DNA of 64,000 nucleotides from an uncultured Christensenella sp. (GCA_910578765.1 CAJTRW010000001.1:3386-67385), one strand, 5' to 3'; positions 20,732 through 29,693 are shown, counted from the first letter of the stretch. Notes: generated by a model not told the origin, from the letters alone. Numbers and translations: made by a program.

Positions 20732-20896
20732 TCAAGCCATTTCTTTTTTTTCTTTTAATAACTGTATGTGTTTTACTATGTCTTCAACCGTCCTCGAAGG
20801 GGTCTTTAAAACTTCCTCAACTTTTTCAAGTTCCTTTTCGATTCTGGCAAGGCAGATTACTTTGTCTATATAGTTTTGATCAAGCGAAATTTTCAT
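20732..20896 (-). CDS. Hypothetical 54-aa helical protein (absent from the ORF track)
   Basis: GGAGG RBS 7 nt before ATG 20896. Translation is MKISLDQNYIDKVICLARIEKELEKVEEVLKTPSRTVEDIVKHIQLLKEKKEMA. A gccgcgcgta/tacgcgcggc hairpin (20697-20725) follows. Confidence 0.45.
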   Translation of the reverse strand: MKISLDQNYIDKVICLARIEKELEKVEEVLKTPSRTVEDIVKHIQLLKEKKEMA

Positions 20897-21021
20897 GTGT
20901 TTTCCTCCGAAACCTTTGTATAGTTAAAGTTTAACACATAATTTTTCAAAAAACAAAAAATTTCGTCACAAAAACCGTCGGTCCTCAAAAGTAGTGTAAT
21001 TTCGTCAAAATACGACCGTTT

Positions 21022-21993
21022 TTAATAGTAGGTTGCGACAATTTCTGCGGGCGGCTCCGCAATTTCGAGCTTTTCCGCTATTAAAACGGGACCTTTAGCA
21101 CGATACGCGGCATTATATTCGTATACGATTTTTGCGGTTACGGTAAGCCAGTCGCGCGTTTTTATATCATTCAAAAGTCCGCAGGTCTTGACCGCAAAAC
21201 CGTCGTACGCGATATCCGCCTCGCAGCAGGTCATAATGTGCCTGCCCAGAATAACGCAACCCGACGGCGTTTTTTTGGAAACGGCCGCCATGCCCTTGTA
21301 CTTTACGGTTTTTCCTATATAGCTTTGAGTGTTTTCCGCCATGTCGCGGTAGAACCAGGCAAAATCCCTGTCCTCTATCTCTACTACGGGCGCGTCGACG
21401 TCGAAAGGCATAGGGTCCTCAATTTCGTCGAACTCCGGTTTTCCGCCCTGATACTCGTAAACGATATCGGGGCGGCGGGAAACACCGCGCACTGTTTTAT
21501 GGAACTGCATTTTATCGTATTCGCCCTTGAAGCGGTTGAATACAACCATCTGCGTCATTTGTATCTTATCGAAAACAAGCTGACGCATATTAGCATTATA
21601 ATTAAGGAAAGTGTTGCTGTCGAAAAAGGTCATCATCTGGTTAATGACCCAGCTTTCGGGCATGGCGTCGAAAAACTGCTGTAACAGCCAGGTGCCGTTA
21701 TACTCGACGATAACGCGCTGCGCCTTATGCTTTGCGGTTAAAGATTCCAGCGTCTGCACGGTAAGCTCGCTTGCGTTTTCCAAAGTAACCACAACCACGT
21801 TGTTTACCTGAAACTTGTCCGGCTCGTATTCCTCCACGCCCTCCTCGCAGACGAGAAGCATAGTCCGCTCCCCGTTTTCCATGCGGGGGTCTTCCAGCGT
21901 TTCCTGTATGAATTTGGTTTTACCCGATTCCAGAAAGCCCAGAAACAGGTATACGGATACGTCCTGCATTTTATACCCCGAAGTGTTTTTCAA
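21022..21993 (-). CDS. COG0523-like P-loop protein lacking CxCC, fused to a DUF1980-like C-terminal domain
   Basis: 323 aa. Walker A GFLESGKT is present, LLVCEEG replaces GCxCC, and the C-terminus has ILGRHIMTCCEADIAYDGF (the MTCC.AD motif I associate with DUF1980/YcgQ). It overlaps the upstream paralog by 23 nt. Confidence 0.6.
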   Translation of the reverse strand: MKNTSGYKMQDVSVYLFLGFLESGKTKFIQETLEDPRMENGERTMLLVCEEGVEEYEPDKFQVNNVVVVTLENASELTVQTLESLTAKHKAQRVIVEYNGTWLLQQFFDAMPESWVINQMMTFFDSNTFLNYNANMRQLVFDKIQMTQMVVFNRFKGEYDKMQFHKTVRGVSRRPDIVYEYQGGKPEFDEIEDPMPFDVDAPVVEIEDRDFAWFYRDMAENTQSYIGKTVKYKGMAAVSKKTPSGCVILGRHIMTCCEADIAYDGFAVKTCGLLNDIKTRDWLTVTAKIVYEYNAAYRAKGPVLIAEKLEIAEPPAEIVATYY

Positions 21994-23074
21994 GCGCGCC
22001 GCCGTCTATACCGGCGCCTATAACACACAGCCTGCCGGTAACAGCCGCCGCGCCCGTACGCACGTTGACCTCGCCCGGGATATAGTCGAAATGAATCCAT
22101 TCCGACCCGCTACCCGCAACAATTCCCTTTGCACGGAGCACTTCGCCGAAACGCGCCGCCTCGGAAAGAGAGGAAAGAAGTTTTTCCAGCTCCGCCTTAT
22201 CGAATTTTTTGCTTGTTTCAACGCCCCAGCTTGTAAATACTTCGTCGGCGTGATGGTGTCCGTGGTCATGGTGATGACCGTGACAGCACTCGTGCTCGTC
22301 TTCGTGGTGGTGACCGTGACAGCACTCGTGCTCGTCTTCGTGGTGGTGGTGTCCGTGGCAGCACTCGTGTTCTTCTTCGTGGTGGTGGTGACCGTGACAG
22401 CACTCGTGCTCTTCATGGTGGTGATGTCCGTGACAGCATTCGTGTGCTTCTTTTAAATCCGTAAGCTCGGTTTCAAGCGTAGTAGCATGCTCCATTGCGG
22501 CGAGAATCTCTTTACCGTCAAGCTGTTGCCAATCCGTGGTGACGAAGGTCGCCTTGCCGTTATGCCCGCGCACGAGCTTTACTGCCGCTTCAAGCTTGTC
22601 CGGGTCGGTTACGTCGGCATGACTGAAAATTATGCATGCCGCGGTTTCTATCTGGTCGTTGAAAAATTCGCCGAAGTTTTTCATGTACATTTTGCACTTG
22701 GACGCATCGACCACGGCGGTGTAAGCGTTTATTTTACAGTTGTCGAGCCCCGCGCTTTTGACCGCGCTTATTACGTCCGAAAGCTTGCCCACGCCAGAGG
22801 GCTCTATCAAAATTCTGTCGGGGCGGTATTCCGCGTAAACTTTTTTAAGCGCTTTTGCGAAGTCGCCTACAAGCGAACAGCATATACAGCCCGAATTAAG
22901 CTCGTTCACCTTTATGCCCGCGTCCTGCATAAAGCCGCCGTCGACGCCTATTTCACCGAATTCGTTTTCGATAAGCACAAGCTTTTCGCCCGCATAAGCT
23001 TCCTTGATAAGCTTTTTAATAAGCGTGGTTTTGCCCGCGCCCAAAAATCCCGAAAAAATATCTATCTTTGTCAT
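21971..23074 (-). CDS. CobW/COG0523-family metallochaperone GTPase with a His/Cys-rich repeat insert
   Basis: 367 aa. P-loop GFLGAGKTT, metal motif GCICCS and ExSG switch IEPSGVG are present, with five HECCHGHHH repeats before the CobW_C-like end. Confidence 0.88.
   Translation of the reverse strand: MTKIDIFSGFLGAGKTTLIKKLIKEAYAGEKLVLIENEFGEIGVDGGFMQDAGIKVNELNSGCICCSLVGDFAKALKKVYAEYRPDRILIEPSGVGKLSDVISAVKSAGLDNCKINAYTAVVDASKCKMYMKNFGEFFNDQIETAACIIFSHADVTDPDKLEAAVKLVRGHNGKATFVTTDWQQLDGKEILAAMEHATTLETELTDLKEAHECCHGHHHHEEHECCHGHHHHEEEHECCHGHHHHEDEHECCHGHHHEDEHECCHGHHHDHGHHHADEVFTSWGVETSKKFDKAELEKLLSSLSEAARFGEVLRAKGIVAGSGSEWIHFDYIPGEVNVRTGAAAVTGRLCVIGAGIDGGALEKHFGV
22247..22444 (-). repeat. In-frame tandem repeat (36-39 bp units, 5 copies) encoding HECCHGHHH(H)E(E/D)(E)
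   Basis: The repeated DNA unit gtgacagcactcgtgctc(g/t)tcttcgtggtggtg... is visible on the plus strand. It encodes aa 211-276 of the CobW-family protein. Confidence 0.9.
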
Positions 23075-23130
23075 AACACACTCCTTAAAATATTTTATAA
23101 ACTTAAATAAAGAATATCAAACTTTTAATA

Positions 23131-23157
23131 CGAAAACGCCCGCGCGACGCGCGGGCG
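23131..23157 (-). terminator. Rho-independent terminator after the DUF2188 gene
   Basis: GC stem cgcccgcgcg / cgcgcgggcg, followed on the minus strand by TTTTC. Confidence 0.65.
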
Positions 23158-23169
23158 CAATGCTTTATT

Positions 23170-24093
23170 TTACTTTCTGCTGCCGTAATTAAGACTTCTG
23201 AAAGAGCCGTCCATCTTATGCACTACAACGCGCGCGGGCTGGTTGTCGGCTATAGCCTTGGCGTAATCGATTGCTTCCTGCTGGGTATAGAAAAGCTTGA
23301 TTGCCTTTGCGCCGCCCTCCGCCTTTATCTGCCACTTTCCGTCGTCCTTGCGTTTGGAAATATGGTAAACCTTTTTATCGCTGTCGTCGTTTTTATTTGA
23401 AACGGCGGGCTTTTCTTCCTTTTTGGGCGCGGGCTTTGACGCGGGTTTTGCGGTCTTGCTCTCCGCCGCTTTTACCGCGGGCTTCGTCTCTTTTTTGGCA
23501 GTCGTTTTTGCCGCGGGTTTGGTTTCTTTCTTTTCCGCGGGTTTTGCCGCCGCCTTCGCCGCTTTTTCTTCCTTAGCCGCTACAAGCTTTGCGGTAGAAA
23601 CTCGCTTTGCCGCAGGCTTTTCTTCTTTCTTTTCGGTTGCGGGTTTTTTCGCAGGCTGCTTCGCCGCGGGTTTTGTTTCCTTCTTGACGGCGGGCTTTGA
23701 CGCAGGTTTTTTCGCCGCGGATTTTGCTGGCTTTTTCTCCTGCGTTTCTTCTGCGGGAACTTCTTCAACCACCACTTCTTCCACGACTTGTTTTACGGTA
23801 ACTTCTTCAAGTCCGTCGTCTGCCGCGGGCGCGGGGTCTGCGGGATTGTAAGTGTAAGTTTCGTAAGGCTCTGCCGCGACGTAACGTTCCTCCGTTACGG
23901 CGGTCTGCCCGGGGACGGAAACCGCTTCTTCTTCACGAGGCGCGGGCGAAGATTTTTCGCCTTTGCGCTTACGGTTCTTACCTACCACCGCTATAATAAT
24001 AATTAAGATTGCCAATACAACCAGAACCAACGCTATTGCAAGCCAGGCCCAGTTCGGTAAAAATAAAGGAGAATTTTGCAACCATTCTGACAT
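23170..24093 (-). CDS. Membrane-anchored protein with a P/A/K/E-rich linker and a C-terminal DUF2188-like domain
   Basis: 307 aa. N-terminal TM WLAIALVLVVLAILIIIIAVV, then ~200 aa of PAAK/KKETKPA low complexity. The C-terminus KVYHISKRKDDGKWQIKAEGGAKAIKLFYTQQEAIDYAKAIA resembles DUF2188. Confidence 0.55.
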   Translation of the reverse strand: MSEWLQNSPLFLPNWAWLAIALVLVVLAILIIIIAVVGKNRKRKGEKSSPAPREEEAVSVPGQTAVTEERYVAAEPYETYTYNPADPAPAADDGLEEVTVKQVVEEVVVEEVPAEETQEKKPAKSAAKKPASKPAVKKETKPAAKQPAKKPATEKKEEKPAAKRVSTAKLVAAKEEKAAKAAAKPAEKKETKPAAKTTAKKETKPAVKAAESKTAKPASKPAPKKEEKPAVSNKNDDSDKKVYHISKRKDDGKWQIKAEGGAKAIKLFYTQQEAIDYAKAIADNQPARVVVHKMDGSFRSLNYGSRK

Positions 24094-24257
24094 AATGCAT
24101 TACCTCTGTGAATACTTTATTAAATTGTATAACAAAATTTTTTCAAAATCAAGTAAATTCATTAACAAATATGGCGCTTAAAGCGCATTTGACGCATGTT
24201 TTTGCGTTAATACGCCGCAACGCGTTAAAAACACGTAAAACGCCGCATATGCGCCCG

Positions 24258-24992
24258 TCAGCGCCGCAAATCCGCTTTTCCGCTTTTTCCCGCGGCGACG
24301 TATTTTATCACCTCGCCGGCGATTATAAAACCTGCGACGGGAGGAACGAAAGAATTGCTGGCAGGCACGGTTTTTCCGTCTCCGTTTTCCGCGGCGGCGG
24401 CGCCCTGCGGAAGCTCTTTCGAATACACCGTTTTCAATTTTTCCACGCCGCGTTTTTTCAGTTCCCTGCGCATCACTCTCGCCAGCGGGCAGACCGAGGT
24501 GGAGTAAATATCCGCCACCTCGAACGCCGTGGAATCCAGCTTGTTGCCGGTGCCCATGCAGCTTATGGCGGGAACGCCGTTCTTCTTTGCGTTGACGGCT
24601 ATCGCAATTTTGCCGGACACCGTGTCTATGGCGTCGACGACATAGTCGAACGCGGAAAAATCCAACACGTCGGAATTTTTTTCCGTATAAAATATCATAT
24701 GCGTTTTGACGTCGCATTTGGGATTGATTTGTAAAACACGTTCCGCCGCGACCTCTGTTTTAGCCCGTCCGACGGTGCTTTGCAACGCAAAAATTTGACG
24801 GTTTATATTAGTTTCGTCAACGACGTCGCCGTCTATTAAATCAAGCGCGCCGATACCTGCGCGTGCAAGCGCTTCCGCCGCATAGCCGCCGACGCCGCCC
24901 AACCCGAATACCGCCACGCGCGCGGCGGCGAGTCTGCACATTGCTTCTGCGCCGAACAGCGCTTCCGTCCTTGAAAATGATTTTTCAGTCAT
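24258..24992 (-). CDS. tcdA: tRNA threonylcarbamoyladenosine dehydratase (ThiF/E1-like)
   Basis: 244 aa. The start FSR...LFG and the nucleotide loop VFGLGGVGGYAAEALARAG, IDGD.V..TN.NRQ are present. Confidence 0.82.
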   Translation of the reverse strand: MTEKSFSRTEALFGAEAMCRLAAARVAVFGLGGVGGYAAEALARAGIGALDLIDGDVVDETNINRQIFALQSTVGRAKTEVAAERVLQINPKCDVKTHMIFYTEKNSDVLDFSAFDYVVDAIDTVSGKIAIAVNAKKNGVPAISCMGTGNKLDSTAFEVADIYSTSVCPLARVMRRELKKRGVEKLKTVYSKELPQGAAAAENGDGKTVPASNSFVPPVAGFIIAGEVIKYVAAGKSGKADLRR

Positions 24993-25069
24993 GCTTAAAA
25001 TATAGCAGTTACGGCTTTTAAAGTCAACACTTTACGCCGTTTACCGTCAAGCGCGTTTAAGCAAAGTAA

Positions 25070-25103
25070 CCGCGGCGCGGACAATACATTGTCCGCGCCG
25101 CGG
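25070..25103. terminator. Strong GC hairpin downstream of the pot operon
   Basis: 16-bp arms ccgcggcgcggacaat / attgtccgcgccgcgg. The T-run (ttgttttatttg) is on the plus side, so orientation is ambiguous. Confidence 0.55.
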
Positions 25104-25131
25104 TTGTTTTATTTGCTTGGAAGCAAGCAAT

Positions 25132-26598
25132 TTATTTTTCTACTTTTTCGTATCCCTTTTTGGGTTTATACTTACCGAAAATTCTGTATCTGAAAACGTA
25201 AAGCAAAATGCCTGTGACGGCAACGGCGGCAACGGCGGCTGTTACGCCTATCGCGACGGGAGAAATATCCTTTAAATCCTGACAGCGCACGCTTATCCAC
25301 ATTGCGTTTATGTCCGAAAGCTTGTCGCCGAAATCCATCATAATTACGCTTCTGTCAATTACGTTCTGCGGGGGGTACTGCGCGAAAAGCTGTCTGCCGC
25401 GGTTTATATTTGTACCGTCGAAGCCGAAGTCCGCTTTATCCGCGATTATTTTGCAATCCCCGCCGAAAAAGTAACTTACGTCATATTCCAACGTTTCCTC
25501 CGCCCCGCCGGAGGCGTAGCTGTCGTTTATATATTCGTACACCTCGTCGCCCGCTATCGCCGAAGTGTAACCGATATACTCCATATTCCTGACGGCATTG
25601 TCCGGACGGGACAGGAAGTTTACGAACGCTTCCGCCGCGACACGCCTTTGTCCGTTTCCGTTTATGCCGCGTTTTAACATAAGCCAGCCGTCGAACCAGA
25701 GATTGGCGCACTCGTCGGGGACGGAATACCAAAGAGTTTTACCGTCGTTTTCCGCTTCGTCCATGATATAAACGGCGTCGCCCGACCACTGGTAATTTGC
25801 TATAACCTTGCCCGTCACCATATCGGATTTGCCAGCGTCCGTTTCAAAGGAATAAACGTTTTCCTTTATTTTCTTTAAAACGCGCTCCGCTTCTTCTATG
25901 GTCCGCGCGTCAACGTCGTTTAACAGGGCGCTTCGTTCCGCGGAAGTTATTTCACCGCCCAGTTTATCGCTGTTGATTATGCCGAGAGTCGCAAAATACG
26001 CGTCGCGCACGTTGTCCTTTACGGTGACCTGCCTTTTATAAGCTTCGTTTAAAAGTATTTTCCAGGTGGAAACGTCCTTCGTATTTTTTAACTTATCGGT
26101 ATTGTAAACCAGCCCCGTCGTACCCCACATGTAGCATGCGGCCTTTTTGTCCCAGCCGTTTGCTTTGAAAATTCCGTCTATATAGGGCGAAACGTTGTTG
26201 ACGTAATAATTTTCCTCCGCCGCGACGTCAAAGAATTCGTCCGAATAGTCCAGACATTCGTCCTCGGCAATAAGCTTCATAATCATATAATCGGACGGAC
26301 AAACGAGGTCGTAAACGTCGCCCAGACTTAAACTGTTGTACAAATCCTCGTTGGTGCCGAAAGTGGAATACTCTACTTTCACTTTATAGTCGTGCGAGGA
26401 ATTGAACCACTCCGTAAAGTCGTCGACCATGGGATTTATCCCTTCCTCCCTGTCGCCCTCGTCGATATATTCTTCCCAACTGCACACGCGCAGGGTGATT
26501 GCGGAGTCGCTTTTTTTACAGCCCGCAAAGCCGACAAAACACGGAAAAATAATTGCCGCCGCCGCAAAAGCGGAAAAAAATCTTTTAACGAGACTCAT
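25132..26598 (-). CDS. potD: Spermidine/putrescine ABC transporter substrate-binding lipoprotein with an extra C-terminal TM anchor
   Basis: 488 aa. Lipobox GFAGC is present, with a PotD-like fold sequence (WEEYID, YMWGTTGLVYN, WYSVP). The C-terminus is ISPVAIGVTAAVAAVAVTGILLYVF plus a basic tail. Confidence 0.8.
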   Translation of the reverse strand: MSLVKRFFSAFAAAAIIFPCFVGFAGCKKSDSAITLRVCSWEEYIDEGDREEGINPMVDDFTEWFNSSHDYKVKVEYSTFGTNEDLYNSLSLGDVYDLVCPSDYMIMKLIAEDECLDYSDEFFDVAAEENYYVNNVSPYIDGIFKANGWDKKAACYMWGTTGLVYNTDKLKNTKDVSTWKILLNEAYKRQVTVKDNVRDAYFATLGIINSDKLGGEITSAERSALLNDVDARTIEEAERVLKKIKENVYSFETDAGKSDMVTGKVIANYQWSGDAVYIMDEAENDGKTLWYSVPDECANLWFDGWLMLKRGINGNGQRRVAAEAFVNFLSRPDNAVRNMEYIGYTSAIAGDEVYEYINDSYASGGAEETLEYDVSYFFGGDCKIIADKADFGFDGTNINRGRQLFAQYPPQNVIDRSVIMMDFGDKLSDINAMWISVRCQDLKDISPVAIGVTAAVAAVAVTGILLYVFRYRIFGKYKPKKGYEKVEK

Positions 26599-27391
26599 TT
26601 TTTTTCTCCTTTTTTCTGCCGGACAGCACGTTCATGAGCACGACCGCAACTATCACAACAATGAAAATCAAAGTGGAAAGCGCCCAAAGCGCGGTTTTCG
26701 CTTCCGTCTGGCTGCCCTTCGTCGCGTTTACGACGTAAGTGCTTATCGTGTCGAACGTGGAAGGCTTTGTGTACGTTGTCACGAAATAATCGTCCAAAGA
26801 AAGAGTTACCGCCAGCATAAAGCCCGAAAGTATACCAGGAATAAGCTGGGGAATAACCACCTTGAACAGCGCCTGCGCGGGGGTTGCGCCCAAATCGAGC
26901 GCGGCTTCGTACAGACTGTTATCCATTTGTTTAAGCTTGGGAAGTATGGAAAGATATACAAAGGGCGCGGTGAGAACTATATGTCCCAGACCGAGCGGAA
27001 TATACGTGTCCTTGCTTACCTGCATTATAACTATGAGAAGCACGCATATGGAAAAGCCGGTAACTATGTCCGCGTTTACGACGGGTATCTGATTGACGGC
27101 GTTCAAAAGCGATTTGGTGACCTTTTTTGAATAAAACGCGCCTATCGCCCCGAAAGTTGCAAGCACGGTTGAAACAGCCGCGCAGACAACGGCAAGCACA
27201 ATCGTGCCGAAAATCATATTCCTCAGACCCTCGTCGGCAAAAAGATTTACGTAGTTTTTAAAGGAAAATCCGTTTGCCGACGCGCCGACCATAGAAGCGT
27301 CCGTAAAGCTGTACACGGCAAGCACGACCACGGGCACGTATATGAACGCAAGCACAAGAACCAACCATATTATGCCTAAATACTTTTTCAC
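26585..27391 (-). CDS. potC: Spermidine/putrescine ABC transporter permease
   Basis: 268 aa, 6 TM. EAA loop YEAALDLGATPAQALFKV is present. Confidence 0.88.
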   Translation of the reverse strand: MKKYLGIIWLVLVLAFIYVPVVVLAVYSFTDASMVGASANGFSFKNYVNLFADEGLRNMIFGTIVLAVVCAAVSTVLATFGAIGAFYSKKVTKSLLNAVNQIPVVNADIVTGFSICVLLIVIMQVSKDTYIPLGLGHIVLTAPFVYLSILPKLKQMDNSLYEAALDLGATPAQALFKVVIPQLIPGILSGFMLAVTLSLDDYFVTTYTKPSTFDTISTYVVNATKGSQTEAKTALWALSTLIFIVVIVAVVLMNVLSGRKKEKKNESR

Positions 27392-28182
27392 AGCAGCGTC
27401 CCCCTGTTGCCCGAATCCTTTTCACTGAAACGGTTTGTGGCTAACGTAACTATAAAAATTATGACAAGCAGCACGAGAGATATAAGCGCGCCGTTATTCC
27501 AGTCGTACGCGCTGAAATAACTGCCGATAAGGCTGCCCATAATGTATGTGCTGTTGTACAGCATATCCAGAACCACGTAGTTGGTCATGGAAGGGAGAAA
27601 CACCATAGTCACGCCCGAAATTATGCCCGGGACCGAAAGCGGCAGGGTTACGCGCATGAACGTCGTAAATTTACCCGCGCCCAAATCCGCCGCGGCTTCC
27701 AGATAGCTTTTGTCAAGCTTGGAAAGCGACGTGTACAGCGGCAGTATCATAAAGGGCAGAAAGTCGTACGTCATACCCGTTACGGAATTAAAAAACTGAT
27801 ATTTCGAAATGTTTCCTTCGATAAGCGTAAGTATTTCTTTAAGCGCGGTTACCCTGAGCGTGAAGTTAATCCACATGGGAAGTATGAAAAGCAGAAGCAG
27901 TGCGTACTTCTTTTTAAAGTTGCTTCTTGCAAGTATGTACGCCGTGGGATAAGCTATCGCAAGGCAGACAAGCGTTGTGACGGCGGCAACCGCAAACGAA
28001 TATAAAAGCGTGCCGAGTGTGTTTGTGCTTGAAAAAAAGGCGGTAAAATTGGAAAAAGTAAATTTACCCTGTCCGTTTGTAAACGCGTGATACACAAGCA
28101 CTAACAGCGGAAATATTACAAACAGTATCAAAAACACAGCGTACGGGATACAAAGCTGTTTTCTGTTGAATCTCAGCTTCAT
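27388..28182 (-). CDS. potB: Spermidine/putrescine ABC transporter permease
   Basis: 264 aa, 6 TM. EAA loop LEAAADLGAGKFTTFMRVTLP is present. It overlaps potC and potA by 4 nt each. Confidence 0.88.
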   Translation of the reverse strand: MKLRFNRKQLCIPYAVFLILFVIFPLLVLVYHAFTNGQGKFTFSNFTAFFSSTNTLGTLLYSFAVAAVTTLVCLAIAYPTAYILARSNFKKKYALLLLFILPMWINFTLRVTALKEILTLIEGNISKYQFFNSVTGMTYDFLPFMILPLYTSLSKLDKSYLEAAADLGAGKFTTFMRVTLPLSVPGIISGVTMVFLPSMTNYVVLDMLYNSTYIMGSLIGSYFSAYDWNNGALISLVLLVIIFIVTLATNRFSEKDSGNRGTLL

Positions 28183-29693
28183 TTAACGTCTTCCCCCGTA
28201 ACTTTTAAGGTAAGCTTTATTTTTTCTTTGGGGATTATCACGCCGACCAAGTCGCCGGTGTTCCACAGGTCGGGACAGGACAGAACGTAGTCCTCCTCGT
28301 TTTCTTCTGTTCTGACAATATAGCGGTAATGGTCGCCCTTGTATATCATGGAAATGATATTTCCCTGAGCCCCGCCCGAGGATATGTCGTCCGTCATGGT
28401 TATGGCGTGCGTGTCTACCTCAACGCAAACTTCCGTGCCGGTCAAATCTATTTTTTCGCCCTGAGCGGTGATAAGGTAACCTTCTTCGTCCAGATGTGAA
28501 CCTTTGTAAAGCTGAGTGACGTCGCAGTCGAAAACGCCGTCGCCGAACTCCACCGCGTTGTTTTTTGTAACGACTCCGTCGTATTTGTTGACGGTGTAGA
28601 CCTTACGCATAAGATGTATACCGTCAGGCTCTATGCGCATGCCTATGGTTGTGCCCGCCTCCGCATTGGACGTGCTTTGTATTATAATTTCAAACTTGCC
28701 TATACCTACCGTTATTTCGTAATGGACGCCCTTAAAAACGGTTGACAGCACCTTGCCTTTAAGCTGCCCTTCCCCGGGCGAACAAATTTTAATATCCTCG
28801 GGACGCACGACGACGTCCACAAGCTGGTTTATCTCGTAATCGTCAAGGCAGTCGAACGTCGCGCCGCAAAATTTTACTTTCAGTTTGCCGACGACAGCCC
28901 CGTTGAAAATGTTGCTTTCGCCTATGAAGTCCGCAACGAAGGTGTTTACGGGCTCGTTATAGATTTCCGTGGGCGTGCCCGTCTGCTGTATTTCGCCGTC
29001 GTTTATGACGACTACTTTGTCCGACATGGTAAGCGCTTCTTCCTGGTCGTGCGTGACGTAGATAAAGGTTATGCCCAGCCTTTTGTGCATATTTTTAAGC
29101 TCGATCTGCATTTCCTTGCGCATTTTAAGGTCAAGCGCGCCCAAAGGCTCGTCCAGAAGAAGAATTTCCGGTTCGTTTACTATTGCACGCGCTATTGCTA
29201 TACGCTGCTGCTGTCCGCCCGATAAAGTGGAAACGCTTCTCTTTTCAAAGCCTTCCAAGTCGACTATTTCAAGCGCTTTTTTGACTTTTTTGTCTATTTC
29301 CGCACGGGAAAGTTTCTGCTTTTTGGTATATTCGTCGCCGTCTTTATTGCGGTATGTATTTATCACCCTTTTCAGCCGCAGACCGAACGCAATGTTTTCG
29401 TAAACGTTTAAATGCGGAAAGAGCGCGTATTTCTGGAACACGGTGTTTACGGGTCTTTTATTGGGCGGCAGGCGGCTTATGTCCTCTCCGTCCAAAAGTA
29501 TTTGCCCCGACGTGGGAAGCTCGAAGCCCGCAATCATTCTTAGCGTTGTGGTCTTACCGCAACCCGACGGACCGAGAAAGGTAACAAACTCGCCCTTTTT
29601 TACCTGTAAATTGAAATTTTCCACGGCAACGGTGTCGCCGTCGTATACTTTTTTTACGTCTATCAATTCGATTATGTTTTCGCTTTTGCCCAT
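28179..29693 (-). CDS. potA: Spermidine/putrescine ABC transporter ATPase with an additional ~130-aa C-terminal domain
   Basis: Start set at MGKSENIIELIDVKK (ATG 29693). The track ORF reaching 29930 would overlap the regulator. GPSGCGKTT, LSGGQQQR and LLLDEP are present. It is 505 aa versus ~370 typical. Confidence 0.88.
   Translation of the reverse strand: MGKSENIIELIDVKKVYDGDTVAVENFNLQVKKGEFVTFLGPSGCGKTTTLRMIAGFELPTSGQILLDGEDISRLPPNKRPVNTVFQKYALFPHLNVYENIAFGLRLKRVINTYRNKDGDEYTKKQKLSRAEIDKKVKKALEIVDLEGFEKRSVSTLSGGQQQRIAIARAIVNEPEILLLDEPLGALDLKMRKEMQIELKNMHKRLGITFIYVTHDQEEALTMSDKVVVINDGEIQQTGTPTEIYNEPVNTFVADFIGESNIFNGAVVGKLKVKFCGATFDCLDDYEINQLVDVVVRPEDIKICSPGEGQLKGKVLSTVFKGVHYEITVGIGKFEIIIQSTSNAEAGTTIGMRIEPDGIHLMRKVYTVNKYDGVVTKNNAVEFGDGVFDCDVTQLYKGSHLDEEGYLITAQGEKIDLTGTEVCVEVDTHAITMTDDISSGGAQGNIISMIYKGDHYRYIVRTEENEEDYVLSCPDLWNTGDLVGVIIPKEKIKLTLKVTGEDVK

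Noticed and set aside
22247-22444. Regular ~36-39-bp tandem repeats that could be taken for a CRISPR array.
   Set aside because: There are no unique spacers between the units. The repeats are contiguous, in frame and inside a CDS.
21815-22456. Plus-strand ORF (213 aa) and minus-strand ORF 22018-22416 with VVVT/TTTK repeats.
   Set aside because: These are alternative-frame readings of the HECCHGHHH tandem repeat inside the CobW-family gene. The repeat keeps all frames open.
23075-23169. Possible Zur box upstream of the CobW-family operon (ttttcgtattaaaag).
   Set aside because: Only a weak half-site resemblance to TCGTAAT-N-ATTACGA is present, with no convincing palindrome. A proper PWM scan is needed before claiming it.
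23423-23851. 142-aa plus-strand ORF rich in A/F/G, and ORFs 23301-23576 and 23580-23768.
   Set aside because: They are antisense or alternate frames of the P/A/K-rich low-complexity linker of the DUF2188 membrane protein.
24108-24734. 208-aa plus-strand ORF and 179-aa minus-strand ORF overlapping tcdA.
   Set aside because: The ThiF-like frame (24258-24992) has the clear GxGxxG motif and family similarity. The others are Arg-rich nonsense frames.
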